A stretch of 64,000 nucleotides of DNA from Bacteroidota bacterium (GTDB taxonomy: Bacteria; Bacteroidota; Bacteroidia; Bacteroidales; DTGW01). The stretch spans positions 6,628-70,627 of the forward strand of contig JAKPGM010000038.1 of NCBI GenBank assembly GCA_029550865.1, in the 5' to 3' direction. Made by a program: the position numbers and the translations under genes. How positions within the stretch are numbered: position 1 is the first letter of the stretch; the number at the start of each line of letters is the position of its first letter. Positions 61,523 to 64,000 of the stretch are shown here, piece by piece. A model generated the notes under the pieces. That model did no database searches and was not told where the DNA came from. It saw nothing but the letters and a program-made list of their open reading frames with translations.

Positions 61523-62326
61523 TTATTCTTTTTTAACTATAAAATAAGCTGCATTAGGAGCAATTCTCTGCCAACGAGAGGTGGCATGATAGTGTAAATT
61601 CATTTTAGTTAAGGATGATAAAAATTTGTCAAAATATAAGTAAAGCATATTTTCGTTAATACTACTGTCAAAAAATTTTGAATACAACTTGTCAAAATGA
61701 TAATTGAGAGTAAAAAGGTAACTTTCAGAAACAATTACAACACCTTGTTGATTAAAAATATTTTTAAACAAGGTCACAGGAATTCCTCGTTCATTTTTGG
61801 TCAGTCCGGGACGTGGCTTTCGCCAATCGCCCATCGAAATTATGGGTTCACGAATGATCAAATATCCCCCTGGCGATAGTACTCTAATTAATTCTGATAG
61901 AACGAATGAAACATTACAAATATGATGTAAAACTCCCAGACATGTGATCAAATCAAAGGTATCATTTGCAAACGGCAAATCTCCTTTAACGTCTGGTTTT
62001 ACATAGGTGGGAGTAAGATGTCCTATCTTTTGACTTCGTAGTTGTTCGGATGGTTCTACAATTGTAATCTGGTCAATCTGACAAATAATAGGAATAAATT
62101 CTTCGCCAAATGCAGCTCCAAAACCTAATGCATGTTTAAAATGTAAATGCTTTAGTTTGTTAAATGCATGTATTTTGTTTACTTTATGATATTTGTAGCG
62201 GTATGGTTTGTTTTGCTGTAAAGCTAAATTTGCATAGGCTTCCTCTTCCTCTTTGTACCATTGTAGTATTTCTGCCATAGTAAAATCATCACCATACAGC
62301 TTGTTTCCTTTGAAATATTCTTCCAT
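61523..62326 (-). CDS. Class I SAM-dependent methyltransferase
   Basis: LGFGAAFG, LPF...FDLI....VLHHI and RVLSPGG; AT-rich. Confidence 0.88.
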   Translation of the reverse strand: MEEYFKGNKLYGDDFTMAEILQWYKEEEEAYANLALQQNKPYRYKYHKVNKIHAFNKLKHLHFKHALGFGAAFGEEFIPIICQIDQITIVEPSEQLRSQKIGHLTPTYVKPDVKGDLPFANDTFDLITCLGVLHHICNVSFVLSELIRVLSPGGYLIIREPIISMGDWRKPRPGLTKNERGIPVTLFKNIFNQQGVVIVSESYLFTLNYHFDKLYSKFFDSSINENMLYLYFDKFLSSLTKMNLHYHATSRWQRIAPNAAYFIVKKE

Positions 62327-62481
62327 AATTTTTTTGTTGTTACAAAAAATACAATCTTTTATTTCAATTTGTAAAACGCTCTGAAAATGCTAAATTGAAA
62401 TTATTGTTGTACAATAATACTAAATTTTTCAATAAAATGGTTATTCGCTTTTTTCAATACATGTTTTAATAAAAAAAGACA

Positions 62482-64000
62482 TTATTCTTTGATACAGCGA
62501 ATATACCCACCATAATACGGTAGTAGGTCAAAACCTTTTATTACATTAATATTGTCATAAAATAATCTGATGTATAAGAAAGTTCCATCAGGATTTCTAG
62601 CAATAAATGTAGTTTGAGCTTGAATCCAAGTAAATTTTGCTAAATGACCTCGATTACCACCTGGTAAAGCCGAAAACCCACTTGAATTGTCTGCTCCTGT
62701 GTTTGGAGGAAGCCATAAGCTTGTTCCTATACTTTTTAAGTGTCCTCCTGCGATCGAATATCCTCCAAGGTAACTAATTAGTTCATCAAAGTCTGCTTCT
62801 GTTGGAATTCTCCAACCGGTAGGACAAATTTTTTGTGAATTAAGCGTGTAGTAGTTATATATTTTCCCATAAATATTATTATATGATTCATTATTATAAT
62901 AATAGCAATATGAAGGTTGTGTTGAGGATCGCCATGCCATACTATCAGTAATATAATTAATAGGAGTTCCATCATTTAAGCGGGTTGTTTTTAGATTTTC
63001 CGTCATCCATAATTGATTACCTATTAATTTGTATCTATAAGTATTGCCGTCAATGTCAACAATAGGAGGACAATTAAGTTGCTCATACATTTCTTGATAT
63101 TCATCAAAAGATACAACATATAGAATATCATTACAATTTACTAAACCTTTGTCAATTAGCAATTTATATAATTTAGTGATTTTTTCATCTACATACTTTT
63201 TATTAGCAGCATCGTTATCCCGAAGAGGATCAGCAATATTAATTATTTTAGAATTATTTGCATTGAAAATAGCCGTAATTGTGTCAGCACGAAAACCTCC
63301 ATAGCTATCGCGCAGGACGATGGTGTTGGGGTTGTTGCTGGCGGTAGCGCTGGTGGCTGAGTTGGCCACCTTGCCGGCAGTGGAGATGGTAGCCAGCTTG
63401 CTATCGGCAATGGCAGCCGAGGTGCTAATGTCGGCGTTGGTGATGGTGCCGTCGGCTATTTTGGCTGAAGTTACGCTGCCATCGGCGAGTTTTGCTGTGG
63501 TAACGCTATTATCGGCAAGTTTTAAGGAGGATACAGCTCCATCAGCAAGTTTGGCTGTTGTTACGCTGCCGTCGGCGAGGTCGGTAGCGGTGATAGAACC
63601 GTCGACAACTTTAGGGCTGGTAACGGTATTGTCGGCAATGGCCGAGGCTGTACCGTTGAGGTTAGCGGTGATGGTATTGGCGGAAAAGTTTCCTGAGGCA
63701 TCGCGCAGGACGATGGTGTTGGGGTTGTTGCTGGGGGTAGCGCTGGTAGCTGAGTTGGCCACCTTGCCGGCTGAGGAGATGGTAGCCAGCTTGCTATCGG
63801 CAATGGCAGCCGTAGGGCTAATATCGGCGTTGGTGATGGTGCCGTCGGCTATTTTGACTGAAGTTATGCTGCCATCGGCGAGTTTTGCTGTGGTAACGCT
63901 ATTATCGGCAAGTTTGAAGGAGGATACAGCTCCATCAGCAAGTTTGGCTGTTGTTACGCTGCCATCAGCGAGTTTAGGGGGGAGAACGCTGCCGTCGGCC
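62482..64000 (-). CDS. Fibre-like repeat protein with C-terminal Fib_succ_major (FISUMP) domain, 5'-truncated by the window
   Basis: The frame is open to the window end. 10-aa [10 protein letters not shown] repeats; KIINIADP...DAANKKYVD; DIDGNTY...[11 protein letters not shown]...CPTGWRIPT...GFSALPGG...IRCIKE. Confidence 0.88.
   Translation of the reverse strand, partial: ADGSVLPPKLADGSVTTAKLADGAVSSFKLADNSVTTAKLADGSITSVKIADGTITNADISPTAAIADSKLATISSAGKVANSATSATPSNNPNTIVLRDASGNFSANTITANLNGTASAIADNTVTSPKVVDGSITATDLADGSVTTAKLADGAVSSLKLADNSVTTAKLADGSVTSAKIADGTITNADISTSAAIADSKLATISTAGKVANSATSATASNNPNTIVLRDSYGGFRADTITAIFNANNSKIINIADPLRDNDAANKKYVDEKITKLYKLLIDKGLVNCNDILYVVSFDEYQEMYEQLNCPPIVDIDGNTYRYKLIGNQLWMTENLKTTRLNDGTPINYITDSMAWRSSTQPSYCYYYNNESYNNIYGKIYNYYTLNSQKICPTGWRIPTEADFDELISYLGGYSIAGGHLKSIGTSLWLPPNTGADNSSGFSALPGGNRGHLAKFTWIQAQTTFIARNPDGTFLYIRLFYDNINVIKGFDLLPYYGGYIRCIKE
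63307..63963. repeat. Intragenic 264-bp direct repeat (63307-63570 and 63700-63963), period 393 bp
   Basis: Hand alignment gives 11 mismatches in 264 bp. Confidence 0.92.

Noticed and set aside
653-63803. Numerous short shadow ORFs in the six-frame track
   Set aside because: They lie antisense or out of frame within well-supported genes and show no independent motifs.
63307-63963. Repeat pair as a DGR template/variable region
   Set aside because: The mismatches are not adenine-specific, both copies lie in frame in the shaft rather than the C-terminal lectin region, and no reverse transcriptase is in the window.
1-64000. CRISPR array, rRNA, transposase, prophage or defence genes
   Set aside because: No regularly spaced repeats or diagnostic motifs were found.

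Overview
Core-genome window of a Bacteroidota bacterium, most likely a free-living Bacteroidales. The evidence is TAnnTTTG -7 promoter boxes, A-rich start regions with no Shine-Dalgarno, a SusC/SusD pair, SprA and T9SS cargo; genetic code 11. In order it holds: the 3' part of a giant surface protein; serS-rpmA-rplU; GT4, dapL, fumarate hydratase, ArsC-family and prfB (programmed +1 frameshift); a PAS kinase broken by an in-frame TAG; sprA-ruvA; SusC-SusD plus a CBM9-like T9SS protein; a PAP2 gene broken by an in-frame TAA; an orphan CheW-like gene and three soluble kinases; USP, radA, an M14 peptidase, an RNA pseudouridine synthase, NifU-C, CapD, ribE, pgk and tRNA-Gln(CTG); a nucleotide-sugar/SLBB cluster; PAP2-dgkA; a peptidase-propeller-barrel protein; dNK, GH3, DJ-1 and a methyltransferase; and the 3' part of a repeat-rich fibre gene with a Fib_succ_major tip. 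I found no rRNA, CRISPR array, transposase, integrase or reverse transcriptase. The strongest unexplained signal is the 3' UTR of the CheW-like gene. It is the reverse complement (15 bp perfect plus about 14 bp, with a 3-nt bulge) of the translation-initiation region of the CBM9-T9SS gene 2.8 kb upstream, which suggests a 3'-UTR-derived antisense RNA. Other notable items are a 54-bp dispersed palindromic repeat, two possible Gln-to-stop lesions, a tRNA-Gln with a 27:43 mismatch, and a mosaic fibre gene. All calls come from reading motifs by eye; no searches were run.
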